Shown here one piece after another: positions 10,385 to 19,799 of a stretch of 64,000 nucleotides of DNA. Position 1 is the first letter of the stretch; each line of letters opens with the position of its first letter. The translations under genes were made by a program, and so were the position numbers. Where the stretch lies: the NCBI GenBank assembly GCA_001794755.1, contig MGKT01000006.1:40700-104699 (forward strand), given 5' to 3'. Source of the DNA: Candidatus Yanofskybacteria bacterium RIFCSPLOWO2_02_FULL_44_18 (GTDB lineage: Bacteria > Patescibacteriota > Minisyncoccia > 2-02-FULL-40-12 > GWA2-44-9). The notes under the pieces are model-generated. The model ran no database searches, was not told the origin of the DNA, and was given only the letters and a program-made list of their open reading frames with translations.

Positions 10385-10414
10385 TCATTAATTTTATTAC
10401 ACATTCTAAAGTAT

Positions 10415-10441
10415 AAAAAGGGGCGACCCGTGGGCCGCCCT
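10415..10441 (-). terminator. Intrinsic terminator of orphan ORF 10460-10822
   Basis: Minus strand gggcggcccacgggtcgccc followed by a T-run. Confidence 0.7.
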
Positions 10442-10459
10442 GATGTGAGATGCTACATG

Positions 10460-10822
10460 CTACTTCGCCGACTCCTTCTTTTGCCACGCTCGATGCGTGG
10501 ATACCGCGCACGCGATCTGCCGCCTCGTCGCACCGTAGTGACGTGCGAGATTGTCTCGCATCTTCCGATACTGCGGAGTCTTGTGGTCCAGTGACCCCAG
10601 CTTCGTGCGAATCTCGTCGCACTCGGACGGCGTGAGTTCCCGAGCGGCCTTCTTGAGCAGGCGCCGCCGACGCTTGCCTCCGTTCGTGTCGCTTCCGACA
10701 TCCGACGACAGTCCCAGCATCGCCGCCGGGAGCTCGAGAATCTCGTCCGCCGTGGCGGACGAAACCCACTCCACCGCCCTCCTACGAAGCGCCTCAATGG
10801 CGCTCAAAAATGCTTTCGGCAT
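10460..10822 (-). CDS. Hypothetical basic protein, GC-rich orphan
   Basis: ATG preceded by GGAGG and a consensus promoter, followed by a terminator; best supported of several overlapping frames. Confidence 0.65.
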   Translation of the reverse strand: MPKAFLSAIEALRRRAVEWVSSATADEILELPAAMLGLSSDVGSDTNGGKRRRRLLKKAARELTPSECDEIRTKLGSLDHKTPQYRKMRDNLARHYGATRRQIACAVSTHRAWQKKESAK

Positions 10823-10842
10823 GATTATCCCTCCATATTTGT

Positions 10843-10872
10843 ATTATAACACACGCCATGGCTATCTGTCAA
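10843..10872 (-). promoter_or_regulatory. Consensus sigma70 promoter
   Basis: TTGACA-18 nt-TATAAT on minus strand. Confidence 0.75.
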
Positions 10873-10885
10873 CTATTTCACTTAT

Positions 10886-11950
10886 TCAAAACAGGGGCGG
10901 GATTTTTGAGTCGATTAGAAAAATAATAAGCCCGATAGCCGCTCCCATGGCGTTTATCATCCAAAAGCGCATTGTAATTTGCGTTTCCGGCCAGCCGATG
11001 GCTTCAAACGTATGATGAATGGGCGTTGACGGGAAAATTTTTCTTTTAAGAAATTTCTTTGAAAACATCTGCACGATGACTGATAATGATTCCATGAGAG
11101 GCACTACGGCAATGAGCGGCAATAAAAGGGCGGTGTCAGTCAGCAGGGCCACTCCGGCGATGACAAAACCCAGCGCCATCACCCCGGTATCTCCCATGAA
11201 AAACTTAGCAGGATAAATGTTAAACCATAGGAATCCAATGAGCGCTCCCATAATCGCGGCCATAAAAGCCACTAAATCCATGCGGCCCTGATCAAAAGCA
11301 ATAATAGTGTAAGCCGCAAACATAATCAGATAAATGCCCCCGGATAAGCCATCAAGGCCGTCTGTTTCATTCATGGAAAATGCCGTCGCCACCATAATGA
11401 AAATAAAATACGGAATATAAAACCATCCCACAAAAATATCGCCTAAAAACGGAACGTTAATAAAATTGCGACCGAGTTTAAAAAAGAACCACCACGCCCC
11501 GATTACGGACAGGACGGTAAATATAAGCAATCTTTTTGATAAGCCGAAACCGCCTCTTTTAAAAACGCCTAGTGCATCATCGGCAAACCCCGCAATTCCG
11601 GCGATGATAAGCAGTCCCAGCGGAAGCCATGTCTGATTTCTGGACAAGAAATTGAGACGCCCCCAAAATCCGTCAAAATAAAAAGACAACGCCCACAAGC
11701 CCAGCGTGATAATCGATACCGTGACCCAAATCGGGAAACCGCCCATCGTCGGCGTACCTTCTTTTTTCTTGTGAAGAGCGTTAAAAATCGGTTTGTCCGG
11801 CCGTTCGATTTGCTTGCCGGGTTTGAAATACCTCAATAATATCTTTGTCCAGAAATGCGTGATTATGAGATTTAAAAAGAAAGCGATGGTGGCAACGACA
11901 AAAATCCTAACGACATTGGCAACCGTAAATAAATCTTGAATATCGTTCAT
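10886..11950 (-). CDS. mraY: Phospho-N-acetylmuramoyl-pentapeptide transferase
   Basis: KEGTPTMGG, GFADD, NETDGLDGL, PAKFFMGDTG, PIHHTFE. Confidence 0.96.
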   Translation of the reverse strand: MNDIQDLFTVANVVRIFVVATIAFFLNLIITHFWTKILLRYFKPGKQIERPDKPIFNALHKKKEGTPTMGGFPIWVTVSIITLGLWALSFYFDGFWGRLNFLSRNQTWLPLGLLIIAGIAGFADDALGVFKRGGFGLSKRLLIFTVLSVIGAWWFFFKLGRNFINVPFLGDIFVGWFYIPYFIFIMVATAFSMNETDGLDGLSGGIYLIMFAAYTIIAFDQGRMDLVAFMAAIMGALIGFLWFNIYPAKFFMGDTGVMALGFVIAGVALLTDTALLLPLIAVVPLMESLSVIVQMFSKKFLKRKIFPSTPIHHTFEAIGWPETQITMRFWMINAMGAAIGLIIFLIDSKIPPLF

Positions 11951-11951
11951 A

Positions 11952-12887
11952 TTATTCCCAGCGATATGATGATTTAACCCAATTAATTAATTTTTCCGTC
12001 TCTCCGAATCTGTCTTTGGATCCGAGCACGACACTAATTAGTGTATCATTTTTTTCGGGGATACTCACCAGTAAAACAAGACAGCCCAGAGCGTTATCTG
12101 TGTTTCCGGTTTTGCCGCCGATGATATTGGGAAGATTTCCCAAAAGGATATTCGTATTCTTAAGGGCATGCATTATTTTACCGTCTAGGGATTGAACGGA
12201 TGATTCCTTTTGCCTTAAGAATTCCCATATCATATCGTGTTTCATGGCGTATCGGGAAATTCTTACCATGTCCTGAGCGGATGAGTAGCCTTCGTCATTC
12301 AATCCGGCCGGATCGAGAAAGTTCGTGTCATTTAACCCCAAAGTCGAGATTTTTTGATTCATTGCTTCAACCAAGTTAATTCCCTTTTGAGACGCATAAT
12401 CTTTAAGAGCGTAGGCCGCGTCATTTGACGAGTCAACCAGCATCATTTTTAACAAATCCTCGATTTTAAGTAATTCGCCTTCATAAAGATCCTGTTTTTC
12501 TCCGTCGACTCTGACAGCCGCTGCGGACACAGCCACCGTATCCCTGGTGTTAAATTTCTCCAAAACAACAACCGCCGTTATTATTTTAGTCAGCGAAGCC
12601 ACCGGCAATCTTTGCCGAGAATTTTTTTCGTACAAAAAACGGCCTGAACGGATATCGTAGACGGCCGCTGATTTTGCGCCGATGCCCGAGATGTCTGAAT
12701 TTGAATCCAAGATTGGAAAATAGCTGGGCTCAGCCAATGGCAAGACATACGCCTGCGTGCTGTTAAAAAAAGGATTGCGGGTTATGCCGTCCGGTTGCTC
12801 GGTTTGAAAACTCGCAAACACAAAAGTCGTCAAACCAAGGGCAATTACCGCAAGAATAATTATCGATAAATAGGGTCGGATGGCCAT
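11952..12887 (-). CDS. D-alanyl-D-alanine carboxypeptidase (peptidase S11)
   Basis: SxxK (ASLTK), SxN (SSNDAA), KTG (GGKTG); N-terminal anchor. Confidence 0.93.
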   Translation of the reverse strand: MAIRPYLSIIILAVIALGLTTFVFASFQTEQPDGITRNPFFNSTQAYVLPLAEPSYFPILDSNSDISGIGAKSAAVYDIRSGRFLYEKNSRQRLPVASLTKIITAVVVLEKFNTRDTVAVSAAAVRVDGEKQDLYEGELLKIEDLLKMMLVDSSNDAAYALKDYASQKGINLVEAMNQKISTLGLNDTNFLDPAGLNDEGYSSAQDMVRISRYAMKHDMIWEFLRQKESSVQSLDGKIMHALKNTNILLGNLPNIIGGKTGNTDNALGCLVLLVSIPEKNDTLISVVLGSKDRFGETEKLINWVKSSYRWE

Positions 12888-12902
12888 TGGCGATTTTAAG
12901 CA

Positions 12903-14297
12903 TTATTTCTCCAGTTTCAGCTTCAGTTCCCTCAACTGCTTAGGGCTAATTTCAGACGGCGACTCCATCATAAGATCTCTCGCGTCTCCCGTTTTCGGAA
13001 AGGCGATTACTTCTCTGATGTTGGGTTCATTATTTAAAAGAGTAATCAAACGATCAAGGCCCCATGCGATTCCGCCGTGAGGCGGGGCGCCCAGACCCAA
13101 TGCCTCCAGCATGTGTCCGAAATTATCACGGATAGCATTCTTTTCAAATCCCATAATTTCGAAAACGGATTCCAGAGCTTCAGGCCGGTGGTTGCGAAGG
13201 CTCCCGCCGCCGATTTCCGATCCATTCAGAACAACGTCATACTGGGAAGTAAGAATATCATCAATATTCTTTTTATCCAGTAAGTCAGACATATATTCGG
13301 GCTTCGGAGCGGAAAACGGATTGTGTGTGAATGTGTATCTGCCAGATTCTTCATCTTTTTCAAAAAACGGAAAGTCGATAATCCAGCAAAAGGCCAAAAG
13401 ATTGGGGTCATTTTTGTCGTTTCTTAAATCGGGCCTGTCTGTCCCGTATTTTTCCATCGCCTCTTTAAAAGAAAGTCTTGGAAACGGGATTTCCTGGATT
13501 TTCTTTTCCGGGCATATTTTTTCGACGATATCTATCAGCAGTTCTTCATTGATGTTTATGAGATTTTCCCTGTCCGCGAAACTCATTTCCAAATCGAGCT
13601 GGGTAAATTCCGGCTGCCTGTCTCCCCTCGTATCCTCGTCCCGAAAACATCTGGCGATTTGAAAATATTTCTCAACTCCGCCGACCATTAACAATTGTTT
13701 GTATTGCTGGGGTGATTGGGGCAAAGCAAAAAACTTTCCCGGATACATGCGGGACGGGACGACATAATCTCTGGCTCCTTCTGGAGTCGATTTGGTTAAA
13801 ATGGGCGTCTCGATTTCGATAAAGCCTCTATTGTCAAGCCAATTGCGGATAAACAATATAATTTTATGTCTGACAGACATATTCTTTGACATCCTCTGTC
13901 TTCTCAAATCAATATATCTGTACTTCATCCGATTCTCCTCGCCAATCTCATATCCGTCCGTATCCAGAGCGAATGGCGGCGTTGCCGCTTCATTGAGAAT
14001 ATCCACCTCCAGCGGCGACAGTTCCACTTTACCCGTTTCCAATTCCGGATTAATCATTTTCTCGGGTCTGGCCTGAACCCGCCCTTTAACATTAACGACC
14101 CATTCCGATCTTAATTTTTCGGCTTTCTTGTATATTTCCTCATTATCCGGAGTAAAAACAACTTGAATCACTCCCGTCTTGTCCCTTAAATCAAGAAATA
14201 TCAGTTTGCCGTGATCGCGGCGATTATGAACCCAGCCGAATAAATTAACTTCCACGTCAATCAAATCTTTAGTTTCGCGGATATGGGTCCTTTGCAT
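12903..14297 (-). CDS. aspS: Aspartate--tRNA ligase, short form without GAD insertion
   Basis: GWVHNRRDHG OB fold, TPEGARDY, LPQSPQQYKQ, FRDED.R.DRQPEFTQLD, PPHGGIAWGLDR. Confidence 0.96.
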   Translation of the reverse strand: MQRTHIRETKDLIDVEVNLFGWVHNRRDHGKLIFLDLRDKTGVIQVVFTPDNEEIYKKAEKLRSEWVVNVKGRVQARPEKMINPELETGKVELSPLEVDILNEAATPPFALDTDGYEIGEENRMKYRYIDLRRQRMSKNMSVRHKIILFIRNWLDNRGFIEIETPILTKSTPEGARDYVVPSRMYPGKFFALPQSPQQYKQLLMVGGVEKYFQIARCFRDEDTRGDRQPEFTQLDLEMSFADRENLININEELLIDIVEKICPEKKIQEIPFPRLSFKEAMEKYGTDRPDLRNDKNDPNLLAFCWIIDFPFFEKDEESGRYTFTHNPFSAPKPEYMSDLLDKKNIDDILTSQYDVVLNGSEIGGGSLRNHRPEALESVFEIMGFEKNAIRDNFGHMLEALGLGAPPHGGIAWGLDRLITLLNNEPNIREVIAFPKTGDARDLMMESPSEISPKQLRELKLKLEK

Positions 14298-14314
14298 TAA
14301 CTAATATTACCAAC

Positions 14315-14340
14315 AAAAATCCGCTCGTTCAAGCGGATAT
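14315..14340 (-). terminator. Intrinsic terminator of orphan ORF 14345-15370
   Basis: atccgct-N-agcggat stem with T-run on minus strand. Confidence 0.6.
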
Positions 14341-14344
14341 CTAT

Positions 14345-15370
14345 CTAAATGTCTATCAAGGCGTGGTCAAGAGTTCTATCGATTTTCGACATAAGTTCGA
14401 AAAGCTTATGTTTCACGTCCATGTAATCTGAAGGGCTCATTTCCGGTTTGAAGGGGCTACGTTGATGAGGCAAATCCACCAAAATAGACGCCGTCAATCT
14501 TTCGAGAAGATTTAGGGTAATGCACTCGGCCAGCCACGCTTCGGCGAAATAATTACTGCCGGCATTCACAAAGCCTCGCAGCCATCTCAAGCAATGGAAA
14601 AGAAGGGTATCGGCATCAAATTTATCAACCAGATGTAAAACATCATTCCAAATCCAGGCCGCGGGCGGATAAATCGGCCCTCTCTCCACAATCGGCGAGT
14701 TTAGAACATAATAATAATGACTCGAGAATCTGATGTCAGTGTTACCGAAATGGGCGAAAAAGTAAGATGGGACCATCATCGGCTGTCCGGCTTTTTCGAT
14801 TATCCGGTCGCGATATCTGGACAATGTTCTCAACTCATCAGGCGATAATGTCTCGGGTTTGCCCTCTGCGCCGAACCATTTATCAAATCTCTGTCTGAAA
14901 TAATCCGGCGCTGATAACTGCGGCGGTTTAAAATCCTTAAACACAAAATACGTCCGCCAGTAAATCAGCGTGACTTTGGCTATCTCTTCATCGGAAGGCC
15001 GCGCGATTTCTCTGACTGGAGAGATGTTGCTTTCCAATTTCTTGTGAATGACGTAGTCAAAAGCCTGACTATTAAATCTGGTCCCGCCGGCCCGTAAAAC
15101 AGTGGGCGCTCGCAATGCCAGCGATACGTTTTGAGTCTGTCTTATTTTCTCGTACTTCTGCCAGTCAGCCGCCGAATCAAATAAATTAACATCGGCTTCT
15201 CCGGCCACAATTAGAGTAGCGGGATGTCCTCTGTACCGGCCGTGCTTGATAATTTCTCTAAGCTGGCCCTGACCCAGACGCACTTGCCAGCCGGGATTGG
15301 AATTATCTTCCTCAAAATCGGTCGCTGAAATTACCACATTGTACCCTTCTAGCAAATCTTGAGTTTTCAT
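14345..15370 (-). CDS. Hypothetical protein, possible degenerate kinase/phosphotransferase-like fold
   Basis: 341-aa ORF with own promoter-like TTTACT-17-TAGAAT and terminator; fold assignment is inference only. Confidence 0.7.
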   Translation of the reverse strand: MKTQDLLEGYNVVISATDFEEDNSNPGWQVRLGQGQLREIIKHGRYRGHPATLIVAGEADVNLFDSAADWQKYEKIRQTQNVSLALRAPTVLRAGGTRFNSQAFDYVIHKKLESNISPVREIARPSDEEIAKVTLIYWRTYFVFKDFKPPQLSAPDYFRQRFDKWFGAEGKPETLSPDELRTLSRYRDRIIEKAGQPMMVPSYFFAHFGNTDIRFSSHYYYVLNSPIVERGPIYPPAAWIWNDVLHLVDKFDADTLLFHCLRWLRGFVNAGSNYFAEAWLAECITLNLLERLTASILVDLPHQRSPFKPEMSPSDYMDVKHKLFELMSKIDRTLDHALIDI

Positions 15371-15470
15371 GTTTCTCCATTCTAAAACAACTGGCGATGA
15401 TAGTAAACAACATTTTCCTCCTTGTCAATATTTAAAAATAATCGGATAGGAAATATAATCCCTGAAGTAC

Positions 15471-15743
15471 ATGGGTGGGATTATGAACGACTGGCGCAGA
15501 AGAGAATTGGAAATAATTAAAAATAGATTGCGTCTTGATGGCCATCCGTCACTGGCGGCCATTGAAGCGGAAATTTCAAACATCAGCTACGGCCCGCCGT
15601 TAGACCAAGTCGAGGTAGATATCCTAAAGCACATCCGTATGCTTATCGAAACTTATAGAGCATTGAGGATAAGAAGTAACTGGCAAAACCTGACTGAAGG
15701 CGACAAACAAATGCTCAAAGAATTCCACATTGCCGCCCATTAG
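15471..15743 (+). CDS. Hypothetical protein
   Basis: TATAAT upstream; terminator overlaps the stop codon. Confidence 0.6.
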   Translation: MGGIMNDWRRRELEIIKNRLRLDGHPSLAAIEAEISNISYGPPLDQVEVDILKHIRMLIETYRALRIRSNWQNLTEGDKQMLKEFHIAAH

Positions 15744-15762
15744 ACCCTAAAGGGTCTTTTTT
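15742..15762 (+). terminator. Intrinsic terminator
   Basis: agaccct-aa-agggtct followed by a T-run. Confidence 0.65.
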
Positions 15763-15844
15763 CGCCTTTCTCGTCCGGCAGACAACTCCGTTGTCCGCCC
15801 TGCAGGACTCGGTCACGGATAATTTGCTCGTCAGTCACTCGCAA
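15763..15844 (-). repeat. Distal copy of tRNA-Lys 3'-end-associated repeat (arm Y + core + arm X)
   Basis: 15791-15844 identical to 19664-19717 (54 bp); 15763-15811 matches 19769-19817 (49 bp, one mismatch). Confidence 0.97.
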
Positions 15845-18800
15845 TGAGAACCGAGCCCAGCGTTAATCACGCTGGGCTTTTTGAATGATGTGAACTACTC
15901 CTTTATTTCCATCTACTTCTACAATGTCCCCGTCTTTAATGAGGTCAGTAGCATTTCCAGTTCCTACTACACAGGGGATGTTCATTTCTCGACTCACGAT
16001 AGCGGCGTGAGACATCATGCCTCCTTGATTGGTAACAATTGCAGAAGCTTTTGAGCAAACGGGCATAAGCTCTGGCGAAGTAGTTTCTGCTATAAGAATA
16101 TCTCCGTTCACCATACTTTCCATTATCTTTTTCAGCCCATCAAAATTTCCATAATCAGCAATAATAACCTTTGCCATGCCTCTAACTTTTCCCTTATTGG
16201 CTGTTTTACCTTTAATTTCAGAGTGGAATTCGGGGGTAACAGTGTCAAATTTAGATACGATTACTTCCGCTTCTTTTCCATTTATATAAGTAAGATTCTC
16301 CCCATCACCAATCATTACATATGCACACTTTCTATCTTCTAAAATTGATGTTGAGACTTTTTGGTTTTCAAACAAATTAAGTAAATCACTCCTACTGTAA
16401 AGCATCAAAGAGTCCACTTCTACTCTAAATTGCTTTTGGAGTATGCTTAATATGGAAAAAAGAGCACTTTCGCTACCAAAGAATAATTTATTAAGATATT
16501 CACGTCCCGAATTTTTGATGCGCTCAAAATGCTTTAGATTCTCACTAGTTATTTCATCATTAAGTGAATACTGGTAAGCATCATCTGTAGCAAAGAACTC
16601 TGTTCTTCGATAAAAATGAAAGAGAGTTGACAAATTGATTAAAAACTCTTCCAAGTCTGCTCTAGTCAGCCTATCCTTTTTAGAGATTTTCTCAAAGTGT
16701 TCTGCTGTCTTCTTTTTATATGCTTCAAAACCATTACTATACTCATCAAATTTTTCCTTACTGCTGTATAGTTCTACCCCTTCTATTAGCGTATCTTTTA
16801 TAGATTGTTTTGGTAGATAAGTAGTCCAGATTCCATGTGCCAACATAGAAAACCCTTTAATCTTTTTGTATTCAGTCATAAAGATATCCGAAATGATATA
16901 AGGCATTCCCCCTACTTGGAAAAGTCTCTGATAATAATTGGGATCTTTAATGCCTAGATTATTTTCAATTATCTTTATAACACCAGTATCCGCATTCACT
17001 TCCACTAAGTCTCCATCCTTGAGTACTTTTGTTGCAATTTTTGTTCCTATAATGCAGGGTTTTCCCATCTCTCTTGCTGTAATGGCGGCGTGACTAGTGA
17101 CACCTCCTTCGTCAGTGACAAAAGCTGATGCTTTCTTCATGGCTGGTAAGAAGTCTGGGTTTGTCATCGGAGTCACCATAATGTCGCCTTCGTTTACTCT
17201 ATTGATATCAGTTTTAGTTAAGACTATTACCACTTTTCCTTTTGAGATTCCCTTATGAGCAACATTACCCCTTATCTCATTTGTTCCACTTATAACCTCA
17301 TCTTTTTCAATTTCAATACCAAGTTCTCGTTCGACCTGGATTAATGTCCTGTTATAGTAAAATTTATGGTCGTGAAAGATAAAATGTTCATCTCGTTTTC
17401 TCAACTCGTCTACAGTCGGTAACATACCTAAAATCTCATTGATGCTTAAAATCTTGGAGAAAGGAATTGCATAATCGGGGACAATCATCGGTATTGCTTT
17501 TTCAAATGTGGCGTTGGCATTGTAAAAGAAGTCTTCTGTTGATTTTCTTTGCTCTAGGCAGGCTTCTTTAGCTTTTGATGGCGCATCTTCAATTGCAGGC
17601 ACAAAATATATTATTGCGAATAAACTTTGAGTTCTGGCAAGCTTTTCGAAGAAAACTTCAAGGTTTTTCTTATTGGGTTTACTCAACAGCTGGCTTTCAA
17701 GCTTTTTTATTTCCTTTAATGCTTTCTGATAATTTTCAGTGATTTCTTCTACCCAGCCACTTCTAGCCAATTTTTTCTTAATAGCTTTAGTGGCATCAGC
17801 AAAAATCTTCTCATCTTCATATACTGTAAGCATTCCATTCGCTCGCTCGTAGACCAGTCTATCTGTAGTAACTCCTATCCAATTTTCAAGATATTCCGTA
17901 TCGCTTTTCTCCCAAAATTCGATAGCTGCTACGCATACATCTCTACTAACATTTTTTTTAAATAATGATTTCTTTTCACTGAACTCACCAATTATAGATA
18001 AATCTTCATCGATTAAGATATTATTTTCTTCTTGGAATTTCTCTAGATCTTTCCCAGTCGTTATATTCCCTTCAAAGAAAATAAAGAAGTCGTTTCGATT
18101 ATCAAGAGTTTCTTTATTTGGGATTTTATTGGAAAGCAATTCCTTAATTGATATGACATTTGCGTATTCCGCCAAATCAGGATATTGAAATTTAATTGCT
18201 CCAATTAGGGCATCTCCATGTTCATACTCGCCTGCCTGTGAGAGTTCTCTTAATTTGTAAGATTTTTCTATAATCGCTTTTGGAAGTTCCTTATTTGTGC
18301 TATTCCCAAATTGAACTATCACAGGCAAAAATCCCCAAAAATCCACGGAAGTTTTGTAAAAATCTTTTATATTTGTGTTTCGATAATTTATAGCAAATTG
18401 ATGCAGTTTCTTATAATCTTCCTCAAACTTTTTAGCTAAAGGTCTAAATTTGTCAGGATTATTTATAAAGAAATCAAAAAGCGGCTTAATGGCGGTATCC
18501 GGATTGTTGATGTCGTAGTAAACACTTGTATTGCCATCACTCGTTTTTATAAATAATGGATTAAATCTAGTTGAACCTTGTAGGAGTTTATTGAAAGCAT
18601 CATATTCGCCCTCCCACCAGTATTCCATAGTTACGAGGGAGAGCTTCCTGGTAAAGAATTTTTTGAAATGTCTTATGGGAGTTTTATTGGAAAGAGTGGT
18701 AATAGGTCTGCTCTGAGTTATGTAAAATTTACCATCCTCATATGCCCACTCAATATCACAAGGAAATCCGTAATGGTTTTCAATCTTAATTACAAGGTCA

Positions 18801-19684
18801 GCTAATTCCATAATCTGCGACACATTTAACACCTGTGATGAAGCTTTTGGCTCTGGTATTTCCTTCCACTCATTTTCTCCCCTTCTCGATTTATACAGAC
18901 CTCTCCTTTGAGTATTTACTGTTGTATCAATTATTTGTCTCGACTCCTTTTCAACAACATAAGAGTCGGGAGTTATAGAACCAGATACAATAGCCTCCCC
19001 AAGCCCAAAGCCAGCTTCGATGATGAGTTGATTTCTATCCTCCGTAATTGGATGGACCGAAAACGCTATTCCAGATACTTCCGACTGAACCATTTTCTGC
19101 ACCACAACGGCTACGGAAATACCCGTGCCGTGAAGTTCTTTTTCGAAGCGATAAAAGATTGCTCTGGGAGTAAAGAGAGAAGACCAGCATTTCTTAACTT
19201 TATCGAGTAAGTCATCTTCCGTGGTATTTAAATAACTCTCTAACTGACCTGCCCAGGCATGCTCCGCTCCGTCCTCTGCTGTGGCAGATGAGCGAACGGC
19301 CACAAACTCCGCCCGGAGTGCCTTAGATGCCCTTAAAATCTCGTCAGAAATGTCTTGCGGCAATTCTTCATTCTCAATTAGCCCTCGTATCTTTTCGGAA
19401 GCGCCCTCTACGGTGTGTATTGCTTTGTGGTCTACAGTCTTGAGTATCGCCTCAATTTCTTGAGCTAAATCTGTTTCGTGTAAAAATCGGTCAAAGGTTC
19501 CAGAGAGCACAACAAAACCATCTGGCACAGGAAGTCCTGCTTGTGTCATCTCACCAAGAGATGAACCTTTACCACCAGCGAGAAGTGAGTCGGTCTTCTT
19601 TATTTCATTAAAATTTTTAATCAGTTCCATAATCCCTTATCATCGACGTTAGCGACCCTATGTTTGTCCGCCCTGCAGGACTCG
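15791..19684 (-). mobile_element. Integrase-less single-gene cassette bounded by tRNA-Lys 3'-end direct repeats
   Basis: 21-bp core ttgtccgccctgcaggactcg at both ends, 3,873 bp apart; one cargo gene; visibly more AT-rich than flanks. Confidence 0.75.
15863..19630 (-). CDS. PPDK/PEP-synthase N-terminal ATP-grasp protein with two PEP-utilising phospho-His domains (rifampicin-phosphotransferase-like architecture)
   Basis: GGKGSSLGEM, AVRSSATAED, DIEWA, QSRPIT; GGVTSHAAITARE and GGMMSHAAIVSRE; no C-terminal pyruvate-binding barrel. Confidence 0.88.
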   Translation of the reverse strand: MELIKNFNEIKKTDSLLAGGKGSSLGEMTQAGLPVPDGFVVLSGTFDRFLHETDLAQEIEAILKTVDHKAIHTVEGASEKIRGLIENEELPQDISDEILRASKALRAEFVAVRSSATAEDGAEHAWAGQLESYLNTTEDDLLDKVKKCWSSLFTPRAIFYRFEKELHGTGISVAVVVQKMVQSEVSGIAFSVHPITEDRNQLIIEAGFGLGEAIVSGSITPDSYVVEKESRQIIDTTVNTQRRGLYKSRRGENEWKEIPEPKASSQVLNVSQIMELADLVIKIENHYGFPCDIEWAYEDGKFYITQSRPITTLSNKTPIRHFKKFFTRKLSLVTMEYWWEGEYDAFNKLLQGSTRFNPLFIKTSDGNTSVYYDINNPDTAIKPLFDFFINNPDKFRPLAKKFEEDYKKLHQFAINYRNTNIKDFYKTSVDFWGFLPVIVQFGNSTNKELPKAIIEKSYKLRELSQAGEYEHGDALIGAIKFQYPDLAEYANVISIKELLSNKIPNKETLDNRNDFFIFFEGNITTGKDLEKFQEENNILIDEDLSIIGEFSEKKSLFKKNVSRDVCVAAIEFWEKSDTEYLENWIGVTTDRLVYERANGMLTVYEDEKIFADATKAIKKKLARSGWVEEITENYQKALKEIKKLESQLLSKPNKKNLEVFFEKLARTQSLFAIIYFVPAIEDAPSKAKEACLEQRKSTEDFFYNANATFEKAIPMIVPDYAIPFSKILSINEILGMLPTVDELRKRDEHFIFHDHKFYYNRTLIQVERELGIEIEKDEVISGTNEIRGNVAHKGISKGKVVIVLTKTDINRVNEGDIMVTPMTNPDFLPAMKKASAFVTDEGGVTSHAAITAREMGKPCIIGTKIATKVLKDGDLVEVNADTGVIKIIENNLGIKDPNYYQRLFQVGGMPYIISDIFMTEYKKIKGFSMLAHGIWTTYLPKQSIKDTLIEGVELYSSKEKFDEYSNGFEAYKKKTAEHFEKISKKDRLTRADLEEFLINLSTLFHFYRRTEFFATDDAYQYSLNDEITSENLKHFERIKNSGREYLNKLFFGSESALFSILSILQKQFRVEVDSLMLYSRSDLLNLFENQKVSTSILEDRKCAYVMIGDGENLTYINGKEAEVIVSKFDTVTPEFHSEIKGKTANKGKVRGMAKVIIADYGNFDGLKKIMESMVNGDILIAETTSPELMPVCSKASAIVTNQGGMMSHAAIVSREMNIPCVVGTGNATDLIKDGDIVEVDGNKGVVHIIQKAQRD

Positions 19685-19796
19685 GTCACGGATAATTTGC
19701 TCGTCAGTCACTCGCAAATTTCCTTGACCACGGCTCGCGGTTGCAATCTGCTGATTGCAACATCGCTCCGCCTTTCTCGTCCGGCAGACAACTTCG
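19664..19796 (-). repeat. 133-bp multi-hairpin unit directly downstream of tRNA-Lys, ending in a duplicate of the tRNA 3' end
   Basis: Core copies start at 19664 and 19797; internal palindromes gttgcaatc-tgct-gattgcaac and ggtca..aatttgc..gcaaatt..tgacc. Confidence 0.92.
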
Positions 19797-19799
19797 TTG

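Noticed and set aside
10377-11015. Alternative overlapping ORFs around the GC-rich orphan
   Set aside because: Only the 10822 start has an SD and promoter; the other frames are likely open because of high GC
15863-19630. Annotation as ppsA/ppdK
   Set aside because: No C-terminal PEP/pyruvate-binding barrel, and the His domain is duplicated
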